Assembly: GCA_019828565.1 (NCBI GenBank)
Contig: JAHDYR010000013.1
Coordinates: 186,001 to 250,000 of the forward strand
DNA: 64,000 nucleotides
Reading direction: 5' to 3'
DNA from: Carpediemonas membranifera BICM
Lineage: Eukaryota; Protista; Fornicata
In this document: positions 11,130 to 21,742 of the stretch, one piece after another
How positions within the stretch are numbered: position 1 is the first letter of the stretch
How the letters are laid out: each line of letters starts with the position of its first letter
The notes under the pieces: generated by a model
What the model was told of the DNA's origin: nothing
What the model saw: only the letters and a program-made list of their open reading frames with translations
Database searches by the model: none
Position numbers and translations under genes: made by a program

Positions 11130-12005
11130 TTAATGCTGCTTCTTCTCGTCCTTGCGGTCACGCCAGTAAACGAATGCGCGGACAGCGACGTCGAATGCCA
11201 CATAATTGGCGCAGATGTTGACAGCATTACGGGCAATCATCTGAGGAGTGGCAGCGATAGCGATGCGCCTGTACTCGGGAGCCGTGCGGGCAACCTCGAA
11301 GGCGTGCTTGGTGAGGCCAGCGCAGGAGCCGGCGAAGATGCCGACAAAAGCAGTCTCAGCCAGAGACAGCCTAGTCCTGCCGCAGCCACGGCGCTGGTTC
11401 TTCAGCCAGTTGCGGATGAACGTGCCGCTGACGCCCTCGGTTGCACCAACGAGGAATGTTTGGGGCAGAGAGGGGACGAAGCCTGCCCAGTGGGCCCCCT
11501 CACCGCGAGCAATGGCCATGGCCGGGGTCTGGATAGCTGCGCCGAACACATCGCCTGAGCCACCCGCCACAAAGGCGGTCATATACTGGCTCAGCCGGCC
11601 CTTGACGTACGAAGAGATGAAGCGGTTGGTGTTCTTGGTGGAGAGGCAGCCGGCGATACGGGCGATGTTCGGGGCGACGAATGGGCCGTCGAGGAGGCCA
11701 GCATGGATGTTGGTGAGGTTGTCGAAAAGAATCATGGACGTCATCGTTGCCAGGCCGGTACTGATGGCGCCAATAGAGGTCTCCGCACCAGGGGTAGTGG
11801 CAATGGTGAGGTTTCTGCGCGTGAAGCGGAGGAACTCAGGCTCGTTGCTGTTCTTCGTGTGGAAATCGAAGTTGGCGTGTGCATGGTGCTTATCCTTGCA
11901 CGCTTTGGAGCACTTGCCCTTCCCATGCCCGTGGCAATGGTGGTGGTTACATTTTCCGCAGGGAGGAGCGGTGATATGGGCGGAGAACTTCATTCTAATG
12001 TTCAT
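11130..12005 (-). CDS. Highly divergent mitochondrial-carrier-like membrane protein with His/Cys-rich N-terminus
   Basis: Three Gly-rich TM segments (AISTGLAT, FVAGGSGD, GIFAGSCAG), degenerate PxD/ExxK/R (KHAFEVART), terminal ARNA...ANYVAFD helix; paralogue at 34652-35444. Confidence 0.5.
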   Translation of the reverse strand: MNIRMKFSAHITAPPCGKCNHHHCHGHGKGKCSKACKDKHHAHANFDFHTKNSNEPEFLRFTRRNLTIATTPGAETSIGAISTGLATMTSMILFDNLTNIHAGLLDGPFVAPNIARIAGCLSTKNTNRFISSYVKGRLSQYMTAFVAGGSGDVFGAAIQTPAMAIARGEGAHWAGFVPSLPQTFLVGATEGVSGTFIRNWLKNQRRGCGRTRLSLAETAFVGIFAGSCAGLTKHAFEVARTAPEYRRIAIAATPQMIARNAVNICANYVAFDVAVRAFVYWRDRKDEKKQH

Positions 12006-12201
12006 GTCTTCAGTCAACACCCGTCATGCCACATCATCCGCACGTCAGCGGGGTTGATATAGCCAGCAGCCTCGATAAGGGCCGCCAGACACCAACCAGC
12101 GGATGGATTCTATCAACAAGGCTCATTGCCAACACAGTCAACCTCATTCCTTGACCCCGGAGCTATCGAACAATTTACAAGCCAGGCCAGGCAGCCTCCC
12201 C

Positions 12202-14252
12202 TTACTGATACACGCGGTCCGTAAGCCATGGATCCTGAAGCGCTTCCAGCGCAGTCGGCCGCTTCGCAGGGTCGACCTGCAGCAGCCTCTCGATAAAACG
12301 AACGGCCATCTCATCATGGATCCCCAGCCGCTCCCGCAGACTCGTCCGCTTGGGTACGAGGTAGTTCGTCTGAGGGTTGTCGAACTGATCCACGCTCCGT
12401 TCAAACAGGAATAGCTCCCGGGTGAAGAAATGGTGGCCATTGGTCCCACCGAGAATCATTGTGCGGGGAATGGGACCGACGATGGCGAGGATGCGGGCCA
12501 GAAGGGTCTGCACGGACTCATTGAGGAACAAAACCCGCCCAGTGAGTAATTCAAAGAGAATAGCACCGAGGGACCAGAGGTCAACCTTCGAATCATACGG
12601 CGCGCCGAGGATAACTTCAGGGGCCCTGTACGACCGACTCTGGACGTAGCAGACGAGCTCATCCCACTCGAAGCAAGAGGACCCAAAGTCGATGACCTTG
12701 ACCAGGCATCTGCTGTAGGACTGTATGAGAACGTTCTCAGGCTTCAAATCCGCGTGGATGAGGTTAAGTCTGTGGATGTACGCCAGTGCAGTGAGGATCT
12801 GCCTGGTAATGGATTGGAGCCGGGGGAGGGTGAAGTAGTTGGGCTGGTTGGTCTCCGTCATGTATTTCTGACACTCGTAGAGATTGTCTCTGAGTAATTC
12901 AAAGACGATAAACAGGTTCTCCTTGTAGTAGAAATAATCGTACATCCTGACACACCGCATGTCGTCGTCTGGGTCCTTGTCGAGCAAGAGCTGGAGCACC
13001 TTGATCTCGTCAAGGGACTGGTCGAAGTAGTCCTTCTCGTTCTTGATGATCTTGACGCAGACGTGCTTCTTAGTCACATGGTCGAAGCATTGTACGGCCC
13101 GGGAGAAGGCGGCGCTGCCTAGGTACTCAATGACCTCGTAGCGGCCGGCGATGCGGTCACCGGCGACGATCTGGTATTCTCTGCTCTCCTCGAAGCCCGT
13201 GCGGTCGACTTCGTACACTACCCGCAAGTCTATGGCGCCCAACTCGTTGCGGCGGGTGGGTCGAGATGGCAGGGCTGTCTCTAGCTCAGCGGGCTCGACA
13301 GGGGCGTCACATGCCTCGGCCTCGCCGCCACTGGATGACTCGTAGTCTGAGTCGAGCAGGGAGTTTGTCCTGTCGTCGGTGTCGAGCTCTTCCTCTTCGT
13401 CCTCCTGGTCTTCGTCGGCGTCGTCAGCGTCCTTCATCATGTCGTCGTCCGAGGAGCCTGAGGCGGGTGTGCCTACGTCTTCAACGTCGTCGTCGAGGTC
13501 CTCGTCGTCTTGGCTGATAATCTCCATCTCGTCGAGGGCTGCAGCTGCGGCCACGGAAGAGGGGGGCGCGCGCTTGGAAACGGGCTGGGCGTGGGATGAG
13601 ATGGCATCTTTCGACTCGTGGCCCTCGTTCATGGCCTCTAGGATGATCTGGGCGAACGGGATGGACGAAATAAACGCAGCATCGGCAGGGTCCATCGGAA
13701 GCGTGTCAAACCCAATATCGTCGTCGTTCTCCCACTCCTCCGTGGGAAGGCGGGGGTCGTGGGTGTAGAACTCGCTGTCAGCGGGCCTAAGGTTGTGACG
13801 AAGATTGCGGCAAGCGGGGAAGAGCCGCCGAGTCAGGGCCAGACTGCAGATCCGGTCGGTAATCGGGTTCACCTTGGGCGGTTTGTCCTCCTTCCTTGGC
13901 TTATAGTCAGGGGCGTCGACGGCAGGGTCGATGCGGGTGAACTCTTCTCTCTCAGCATCAACGCTGATGGGATGTGTCTGTTCTACGATACCAGCACCGC
14001 CGTGGAGGAGACTGTTGGCTAGATGGGCTGTGTAGGTCGTGGAAATGTGAACGTACCTTCGAGAGCTGATGCGAACTTGAAGTTTGATTCATTATGCAGG
14101 GATTTCGACCGAGCAACAACGGACTTGGCCTCTTTGTCCAGCCCGAGCTGCTTTAAGTGCTCAGTGATTAGACTCAACACCGCCTTCTGATCCATACCTG
14201 GTATAGCTGGTGCTTCAGACCCAGCGCTGTTGTGCTTTGCAGATTTTTTCAT
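12202..14252 (-). CDS. DYRK-family (CMGC) protein kinase; intron 14028-14056 (29 nt)
   Basis: LGSAAFSRA, VCVKIIK, HADLKPEN, IDFGSS, YVQSRSYRAPE; DRTGFEE motif before the kinase domain. ORF 14019-14252 joins in frame after removing GTACGT...CCTACACAG. Confidence 0.9.
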
Positions 14253-14676
14253 GCACTCCGAGAAATCGGCTAGTGCAGGCTAACCAAGGGATAGGCGGAC
14301 AAGCTGAGTGGTGCAACCAGCAATAAAGTGCCAATAAACCCCGTTCTTTGCTTTAAAGTGCCAATTTCTGATATTGGGGTGGGTAAGCAGGTGAACATCA
14401 AAGAAACTCATCAGTTCATGAAGGCCAAATCCTCATGATCCGAACTGAGTGAGGGTGGTAAGACTAGGGTTGAAATAGTTTCGTGGGAAACATGGTCGTT
14501 AAAAAATCTTCAAGCGATACTGATCAGATCCCAGATCAATCCGATGATTGATTATTTATGACGATGGACGGTCTCATGTGCCAGCATATGTTCGCCGTAC
14601 TTGCCCGCATCCTGCCACACCCCACGTTTGACCAGCCCTGACCAGCATTCAACTCAACGAATGATTCGGGGATACT

Positions 14677-16140
14677 TTACTGGAATCTCGCCATAAACTC
14701 ACGATGGAACTTGGGCACGTTCCTCAGGTACTGCTCAAACTGCTCACCGCTCGGGAGCACTGTTGTCCTAAAGTGCCATGTACCCTCGACCTGGTTGAAC
14801 CCGCTGCCTGGGACGACGCACACACCAATGGCATCAAGCATGGCCATGCAGTAGAAGAGGTCGGGGGCCTGACCAACAGCCTCAGCGGCCTCGATGAGCT
14901 TGGCGGGCAGGGTCAGCTTGGGGAAGGCGTAGAGAGCACCCTCGACCGGCTGGCAGGAGACGCCCTCGATGGAGTTGAACATCGCCTCAGACCTGGCCGC
15001 CCGGGACTTCAGTGAGTCGAGAATGGAATCGCGCTCGGTTCTATAAACCTTGGCGGCGGGACTGTCGCCCTGGGGCGGGTTGACCATGAGGCTGACGGCC
15101 AGCTGACCCAGGGTGTTGGGGCAGAGGTTGATGGAGGCCAGCTTGTAAACTTGGGCGATCACAGCAGGGTCTAAGTTGATTATCTCCATGTACCCTCCCC
15201 TCAACCCGCATTCGCCCAGGAACCCCTTGGAGGTCGAGTGGAAGCTGAAGAGCTGCAGGCCGAGACACTTGTCCTGGGACTCGAGGGTGCGGAGGACCTT
15301 CTTGAACGAGACGAAGCGCTTGGTGTCGACGTAAATGTTCTCTTGGTAGACCTCGTCGGCGAGGACGACCAGGTTCTTGGCGTAGGCCCACTCGAGGATG
15401 TCGGCAATGGCCTGCCCCGTGAGGACGCCGCCGGTCGGGTTGCCTGGGTTGATCACAGCGATTGCCGTGACCTTTGTCCCAGCGTCCACTGCAGCGCAGT
15501 ACGACGCCTCGAGGTCCTCCACGCGAGTAGACCACCCCTCTTCTTCACACAGAGCGTATGACACCGCTCGTGCCCCCGTGAGTGCGAGTGAAGCGGAGTA
15601 CAGAGGGTACTGGGGCATTGGAATCATCACGCCGGACTCACTGTCGGCGCAGACCAGGCTCAGCGCCATCTTCACACCCTCACTCGCTCCGTTGGTGAGG
15701 TATATGCTGGCTGGGTCGGTTGGGTGCCCGTCCCGAGCTCCAATGAAGGCCGCCACTTCCCCTCTGACCGAGGAAAAGCCCTGTGAGTGCGTGTATGCCC
15801 CTAGACCAGTGGGGTTGGCCTTTAGGAATGCCTTGGCTCTCGCTAAGACCTCGTCGTCGAAGGGAAGGGGGTGGTTGAGAAGAGTGGGGCAGACAACGAG
15901 GGCGGCCACCTCGCGGAGGAAGGAGAGGGGGAGCTGCTGGAGAGCTTGGGGGTTTCCTATGTTGCAGCTGACTACGTTGGAGAAGGGGAAGTGCTTGCCA
16001 GCCTTCAGATCCTCCTTAATTTCATTCGCACGAAGAGGGACGGCGCCGCGGACCGAGTATTGAGCTGCGACGATCTTCTTGCTGATAGAATCAACGGTAA
16101 GCTTCTTATAGCTATGATTTGTCTCCTGGAGCGTGCTCAT
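14677..16140 (-). CDS. Alanine aminotransferase (PLP-dependent, class I/II)
   Basis: YSVRG, CNIGNP, PQYPLYSA, INPGNPTG, ADEVYQEN, FHSTSKGFLGECGLRGGY, VPGSGF.Q..GT.HFRTT.LP. Confidence 0.95.
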   Translation of the reverse strand: MSTLQETNHSYKKLTVDSISKKIVAAQYSVRGAVPLRANEIKEDLKAGKHFPFSNVVSCNIGNPQALQQLPLSFLREVAALVVCPTLLNHPLPFDDEVLARAKAFLKANPTGLGAYTHSQGFSSVRGEVAAFIGARDGHPTDPASIYLTNGASEGVKMALSLVCADSESGVMIPMPQYPLYSASLALTGARAVSYALCEEEGWSTRVEDLEASYCAAVDAGTKVTAIAVINPGNPTGGVLTGQAIADILEWAYAKNLVVLADEVYQENIYVDTKRFVSFKKVLRTLESQDKCLGLQLFSFHSTSKGFLGECGLRGGYMEIINLDPAVIAQVYKLASINLCPNTLGQLAVSLMVNPPQGDSPAAKVYRTERDSILDSLKSRAARSEAMFNSIEGVSCQPVEGALYAFPKLTLPAKLIEAAEAVGQAPDLFYCMAMLDAIGVCVVPGSGFNQVEGTWHFRTTVLPSGEQFEQYLRNVPKFHREFMARFQ

Positions 16141-16465
16141 TGTTCAGCTTTGGCAAGAACTCAGTTCAAGTGCCGCGGGATTGCGAATGGAGATCGTGTT
16201 GACGCATTCGAATCGGGATGGCGCGTGTATCTCAATATTTCCTTCGTTGAACACGAATGGACTTCAAAAACAGTCTTTAAGGGGCAACAACTCGTCTTGC
16301 GGCACACTCCAGGGCCGGCGTTGACCGCCTTGAATGCTTCATTTCCACCCTCGAATGAACCAACCCAATGCCCCCTGAGATACAGGGGACATTCCGGCGG
16401 AGATCACTCATTCTTGGATGCCCACTACTTCACCTACTAAACTCCATCACGAAACAACAATGCGT

Positions 16466-18970
16466 TTACTCCTTCTTCTCCTCCACGTCCACCTTGGCCA
16501 TCTCTTCCGCCAACGCGGCCTCCTTCGCCTTCCTCGCGGCCCGGGCCTGTCTCTTGAGCTCCTTCTTGCTCGGTCCCTCCTGCTTGGCGGCCTTCTTCGC
16601 CTTCTTGGGTGCCACAGCCGCGCCCTCCGGATACTCCTCATTCAACTCAACCACAAGCCCGCCGTCCACGGACAGGTTCTCAAAGCGGCTGGGCTCCTCC
16701 TTCTTGGTCCTGTTCCCCGAGATGGAAAGGACGACCTTGCATTCAGAGGCGGTGACAGTGAGGTCGAGTGTGCCCTCGATGTTGACAAGGCCCTTCTCCC
16801 GCTTACGGTAGATGTAGTGCTTGCAGGCAACCTGCTCGGCAGCGATAGCCTTGCGTCTGCATGTTGAGGTGTCGTCCACTTTGTCGTTGATGACAAGCCC
16901 AGCCCTGATGGCCGCCTGACGGTCGACAAGCTTATCGAACAGGATATCAGTGTTATCACCGAGCGCCCTGCCACTCTCGAGCTGTGCGAACTTCAGCAAG
17001 TCAACCCTCATCAGCTCAGCGGGGACGTTAAGCTGCTCGTTGAGGAGTCGCGCCATAGTCTCGGGCATGACGGGGAGGAGCAGCGTGCCGACGATCCGGA
17101 CGGCCTCAGTAGCAACATACATGATCGCCTCCTTCCTTGCCTGCTGGTCAGCCGCCTTGAGCTTCCATGGCTCTGCGTCCTGGATAAAGGCGTTAGTCTG
17201 GCCAATGACTTCCCAGATCGCGACCAGGGCGCCCTGGATGTTGACCTCACCCATGTGGTGGTCCACTGTTCCTGGGAGAGCGTTGAGGGCAGCAATCAGC
17301 TCCTCGGCCTCGGGTACGTCACCAGCTGCGGGGACCACCCGGCCGGGGTTGAGGGCAGTGGAGACCACGCGGTTGACCAGATTGCCCAGGTCGTTGGCCA
17401 AGTCGATGTTTAGGCGATCGACCATGGCGTTGTGGGAGAAGTCGCCGTCAATGCTCGAGTTCGACTCACGGCAGAGGAAGAAGCGAAGGGGGTCGAGGCC
17501 GTACCGGGTGGCTGCCTCGTAGGGGTCGAACGCGTTGCCCAGGCTCTTGCTGATCTTCATGCCGTCCTTGGTCCACCAACCGTGGACAACGAGCTTGTGT
17601 GGGAGCTCGAGCCCCGCCCCGAGAAGGAATGCAGGCCAGTAGACGCAGTGGAAACGGGCAATGTCCTTGCCGAGCACGTGCATGGTGGCGGGCCAGAGCT
17701 TGTTCGTGTCGAGCTTGTCGGGGTACCCCGCGCCGGTGAGGTAGTTGGTGAGCGCGTCGATCCAGACATACATGCCATGCTCCTCGTCGCCGGGGACTGG
17801 CACAGCCCAACTGATGCGACTCATGGGCCTTGAGAGGGAGAGGTCCTTGAGCCCGCCCCGCAGGAACTTGATGATCTCCTTACGACGGAATTCTGGGACA
17901 ATAACGTCAGGGTTGGCCTCGTAGTACTCGGCCAGACGGTCGCCGTACTCGCTGAGCTTGAACATGTAGTTCACCTCCTTGATAGCGATGCAGGGGTGGC
18001 CCGACTCGAGAGAGTAGCGCTCCTCAGTGCCGTCGGGGAGGGTACGGATGCCGAGGCTTGAATCAGGGACAAAGGTCTCGTCGGAGACGCAGTACCAGCC
18101 GTCGTGCTCGCCCTTGTAGATCAGTCCGGCGTCTGCGAGCTTCTTCCAGAGGGTCTGGGCGGCGTGGATGTGGTCATCGTCGGTAGTGCGGATGAAACGG
18201 TCGTACTGCAGGTTAAAGACCTTGAAGCAGTCCTTGAATGTCTCGGAAATCTCATCGCACATGGCCTTAGGGGTCATGCCCTTGGCTTCGGCGGTCTGCT
18301 GGACCTTCTGGCCATGCTCGTCGTTGCCGGTGAGAAGATAAGCGCCTGCGGTGCCCTTCATCTTGTAGTAGCGGGTAGCGATGTCGGCGAGAAGAGTGGT
18401 GTATACATGACCAATGTGGGGCTCTCCATTAACATAGTAAATGGGCGTGGTGATGTAAACTGGGGTCTCGGCGTTGGGGGACATTTCATAGACCTCCTTG
18501 GCGGGCTTGTCGAAGGCAGCAACGTCGTCCTTGACCATCTCGAGGACGGTGGTATACCAGGCTGTGAGCGTGGGGTGTGCCGACAGGTCGGGGGTAAAGG
18601 TCTTGACGAGAGCGAAGACAACGACGTCGGCGAGGCAGAACTCGCCGAGGAGGAATTCACCCATGAACTTGCCCTCGATGGCGGCGAGGAAGGCGGGGAC
18701 GAGCTCGGGAGAGGCCATCATCTTCTCGGCGAAGATCATGATGCTGTCGAGCTCATCGCCGGCCTTCTTGGGGATCATCTGGAAGGCAGAGCCCTTCTTC
18801 TGGCTCAGGAACTTGGCGATGGGCGTGGATTGGAAGTGGATGGTACCATCTTCGAGCTCAAGCAGCAGCTTGTCGCCGTAGGCGACTTCAGGAGCAATTT
18901 TGCTCCACTTGGCAGCGAGAAGGCAAATTAGAGACCCAGCGTCTCCCTTACGAAGAGTTAGCGTTGCCAT
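16466..18970 (-). CDS. Methionyl-tRNA synthetase with N-terminal GST-like domain
   Basis: YITTPIYYVNGEPHIGH, DEHGQK, YVWIDAL, GKDIARFH, KISKSLGN; first ATG at 18970. Confidence 0.95.
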   Translation of the reverse strand: MATLTLRKGDAGSLICLLAAKWSKIAPEVAYGDKLLLELEDGTIHFQSTPIAKFLSQKKGSAFQMIPKKAGDELDSIMIFAEKMMASPELVPAFLAAIEGKFMGEFLLGEFCLADVVVFALVKTFTPDLSAHPTLTAWYTTVLEMVKDDVAAFDKPAKEVYEMSPNAETPVYITTPIYYVNGEPHIGHVYTTLLADIATRYYKMKGTAGAYLLTGNDEHGQKVQQTAEAKGMTPKAMCDEISETFKDCFKVFNLQYDRFIRTTDDDHIHAAQTLWKKLADAGLIYKGEHDGWYCVSDETFVPDSSLGIRTLPDGTEERYSLESGHPCIAIKEVNYMFKLSEYGDRLAEYYEANPDVIVPEFRRKEIIKFLRGGLKDLSLSRPMSRISWAVPVPGDEEHGMYVWIDALTNYLTGAGYPDKLDTNKLWPATMHVLGKDIARFHCVYWPAFLLGAGLELPHKLVVHGWWTKDGMKISKSLGNAFDPYEAATRYGLDPLRFFLCRESNSSIDGDFSHNAMVDRLNIDLANDLGNLVNRVVSTALNPGRVVPAAGDVPEAEELIAALNALPGTVDHHMGEVNIQGALVAIWEVIGQTNAFIQDAEPWKLKAADQQARKEAIMYVATEAVRIVGTLLLPVMPETMARLLNEQLNVPAELMRVDLLKFAQLESGRALGDNTDILFDKLVDRQAAIRAGLVINDKVDDTSTCRRKAIAAEQVACKHYIYRKREKGLVNIEGTLDLTVTASECKVVLSISGNRTKKEEPSRFENLSVDGGLVVELNEEYPEGAAVAPKKAKKAAKQEGPSKKELKRQARAARKAKEAALAEEMAKVDVEEKKE

Positions 18971-19209
18971 GATCGTTTCCAACTTTTTTCATGCAAAAGT
19001 GGGACGACCACGATTTAGGGGATTATCGGGTAATCTGATGAAATATGGACAGTATCTGGGTACTACACGATGCTACCTCCCCTGATTGCCAAATATTCTC
19101 CCTTAAATCGCTGGGGTGTGTCTACCTGACGAGCATGACCTCTACTCAGCAGCTACTCACCCACGCACAGCTCCGACCCAGAACAACGTACTTTTACAAC
19201 ATGCCCGGC

Positions 19210-20778
19210 CTACAGCTTCGTCTTCCACCCGCGGGCCCGGCTGAGCGCCATGCTGCTCATGACGCCCTTCTTCTCGTCCTGCAGCTTGGCATACTCGAGC
19301 GGCACCTTCTGGCCCTGGGAAGCGTTGAACAGGGCGTGCGAGTAGTCCGTCAGCTCGTCCCGCCTGAGCACAGGGTCGTCCTGGGGCTCAGCATCGGCCT
19401 CGACCTCCTCCTCCTGCTCGACGAACTCGTCGTCAAAGCCCTCTTCCTCTGTCTCATCCTCAGTGTCGCCGTGGGGCCAGGGCGTGCCTGCCGCGGGCAT
19501 GGCCATCAGTGCCTTCGCCTCCTCCTCGGCCTCGAGGTCCACGAGCGGCCTGATCGTCTGACTCGACTGGAGCGACCCCGCCTTCCGCTCGTTGGGCCGC
19601 TTGAGGCTCTTGATCTCCTTGGGCCTGTGTCCGAAGTGGAACTCCTCCGTCTTGGTCACCCGCGGTCTCCACGAGTCTGCGGGGCACAGCCGGCGCTCCT
19701 TCTCGAGCTTCTCCTGTCTCGCCTTCTCCTGGCGGGCGAGGAACTCTGGGATGCCGCCCACCTTCTTCGGGGGCGCGAGTCTGCTCGAGGCGAGCGAGGG
19801 AGACCGCACGTTGGGGATAAACGTGCACTCCTGGGCCTCACGGGCCTCCTGCTCCTGCTTGAGCGTGTCCATGGTCTGCTGGCGCTCTGTCTTCCATGAG
19901 TTGAGCCGGTCTATGATGTTGTCGTCCCTTTCTCCTAGCGTCGTCATCAGCTTGGGCTTAAAGGTCAGGTTCTCGCTCTCATCGAGGTCTTTGGGCGTCA
20001 TCATCACTGGCCGCGGCTTCTGGCCCTGGTAGGCCTCCATCCGCTTGAACCCAGATACCCGCACCCGGTCGAGCTGCTTGCTCGTCTCGTTAATCTGCGG
20101 GGTGAACGTGGCCTCTGGGTCCTCGAAGATCTCCTTGCGGGTGACGGTCTTAGGCTTTGTCAGCCTGTCTATAGTGCTCTGCCCCATGTTCCTGACGATC
20201 TCGGCCGACCTCGGGTTGATGGTCGGCTTGTGTCTACCCCGCTCCTCCTTCGCCATGCGCCACAGCTGGCGCACACGCTGGCGGCGCCGCTGCTCTTCCC
20301 TGAGGAGCAGGTCGTCTTCGATGGGCAGCTCCCGCATCCTGTTGTACACGTCCGCGGTGTGGGGGCGGGACGGCGACGGGGTGGAGACCACATGCCGCTC
20401 CACCTGCTGCATAGCCCGCTCGGCTTGGCGCTTGAGAGAGAGCTCGTAAAGGCTCTCGGCAGCCCCCTTTTCGCGGACGATGCGCTTCGCCTTCTCGCTA
20501 ATGGTTGGAGAGAAGGGCATCTCGGCGAGCATGTGGGCCTTGATGGCCTCGCGGTGTCTCTGAGCGATTGGAGACGCAGTATCATCTCTCTTGGCACGCT
20601 TTTCAGCCAGCTTACGCGTCCTCTCGCTGATTTTCGGGGTAAAAGTGACCAATTCGTCTTCCTCGTCCCGTAGATCAGCATCAAACTCATTTCTTGCCTT
20701 CGCTAGCTTCTTTTGGGCTAAATCATGAAGTGCGTACAGCCTCTCCTCTACAGCTAGCGGCCTACCGTCAGCGTCCAT
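19210..20778 (-). CDS. Hypothetical coiled-coil protein with repeated (T)F.P.I motifs (possibly cytoskeletal/ciliary)
   Basis: 522-aa ORF; repeats TFTPKI, PFSPTI, HKPTIN, TFTPQI, TFKPKL, TFIPNV. Confidence 0.7.
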   Translation of the reverse strand: MDADGRPLAVEERLYALHDLAQKKLAKARNEFDADLRDEEDELVTFTPKISERTRKLAEKRAKRDDTASPIAQRHREAIKAHMLAEMPFSPTISEKAKRIVREKGAAESLYELSLKRQAERAMQQVERHVVSTPSPSRPHTADVYNRMRELPIEDDLLLREEQRRRQRVRQLWRMAKEERGRHKPTINPRSAEIVRNMGQSTIDRLTKPKTVTRKEIFEDPEATFTPQINETSKQLDRVRVSGFKRMEAYQGQKPRPVMMTPKDLDESENLTFKPKLMTTLGERDDNIIDRLNSWKTERQQTMDTLKQEQEAREAQECTFIPNVRSPSLASSRLAPPKKVGGIPEFLARQEKARQEKLEKERRLCPADSWRPRVTKTEEFHFGHRPKEIKSLKRPNERKAGSLQSSQTIRPLVDLEAEEEAKALMAMPAAGTPWPHGDTEDETEEEGFDDEFVEQEEEVEADAEPQDDPVLRRDELTDYSHALFNASQGQKVPLEYAKLQDEKKGVMSSMALSRARGWKTKL

Positions 20779-21109
20779 CGTCGCTGTTCGATCCGACTTT
20801 CACGTGGGTCGAAATATTTAGACGATCGACCTCTACCAGGCCGTGTTGAGAGGTGGGGGTACAGCTACAGTACGCTGTAAGCCAGTTATCATCGCGATCG
20901 CCGCTGAGTGGAAATTTACGCAGCTTTGCCAATGGGCCCAATGGCCCTCTTCGTCGAACTTACGCAGCAGTCGTGCGGCGGACCGCGACTAGGGCAATGA
21001 TTGCCCATGTCAAGGCCAGCACACTTTACGCCTGTCATTGCTTGGATGACAATTGGATGAAACATCGAAATTTAGACTAAGGTCATACGTGGCCGCATGT
21101 TCAGCCACT

Positions 21110-21505
21110 CTACTCTTCGCCTTCAGTCGCCATGGAGCTGGCGAGTCTCGAGGACTGGCGCATCGATGACTCGCGCTTGGGAAGGGACTGAAGAGACGGT
21201 TGGGGCATCGCTCCGAGCTCGAAGGGATTCTTGTGGCCCTTCTTAATGCGGGTAAGAACGAACTCGGCAGAATCGAAGTGCTGGCCACGATCGGAAAGGA
21301 GCTTTCTGAGCATAGCGGATGTTTTGACGTGAACACCTGTCTGTTCATAGGTTTCGTGCTCCATGGCGGTAACCTTATTCTTAAGCTCGTTCAGCTCGTT
21401 CTGAGTGACGTTCGCAGCCTCGGTATCCTCGCTCATCAATTTGCCTTGTGCCAAAACTGCACGCGACTTGATAGAGTCGTATCTCCCAGAATATCCGCCC
21501 GCCAT
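21110..21505 (-). CDS. Small hypothetical coiled-coil protein
   Basis: ORF with ATG at 21505, co-oriented with neighbours. Confidence 0.55.
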   Translation of the reverse strand: MAGGYSGRYDSIKSRAVLAQGKLMSEDTEAANVTQNELNELKNKVTAMEHETYEQTGVHVKTSAMLRKLLSDRGQHFDSAEFVLTRIKKGHKNPFELGAMPQPSLQSLPKRESSMRQSSRLASSMATEGEE

Positions 21506-21742
21506 CTGCAAAAAATCATCGGACTGGCCTTTCTAAATCATATGATCGCGTCAGGCCCCGACGACCCCGCCGCTGCCCTTTCGACCAGAGCACTGTGTCC
21601 CCAAACCTCATCAAAACCTTGTAAACATTGGAGGAAACAGCGGACTTTCCCGTTTATGAGAAGTATATTGACTTATCCGAAGCACGTATATAATAATCTG
21701 TTGAACCTACACTACGACTCCACTTATCTGACGACCACATCA

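Noticed and set aside
14400-14455. Hairpin with CTGATGA on the minus strand, resembling a hammerhead core or C/D box
   Set aside because: No stem II plus GAAA or properly placed box D partner found; may be an ordinary inverted repeat.
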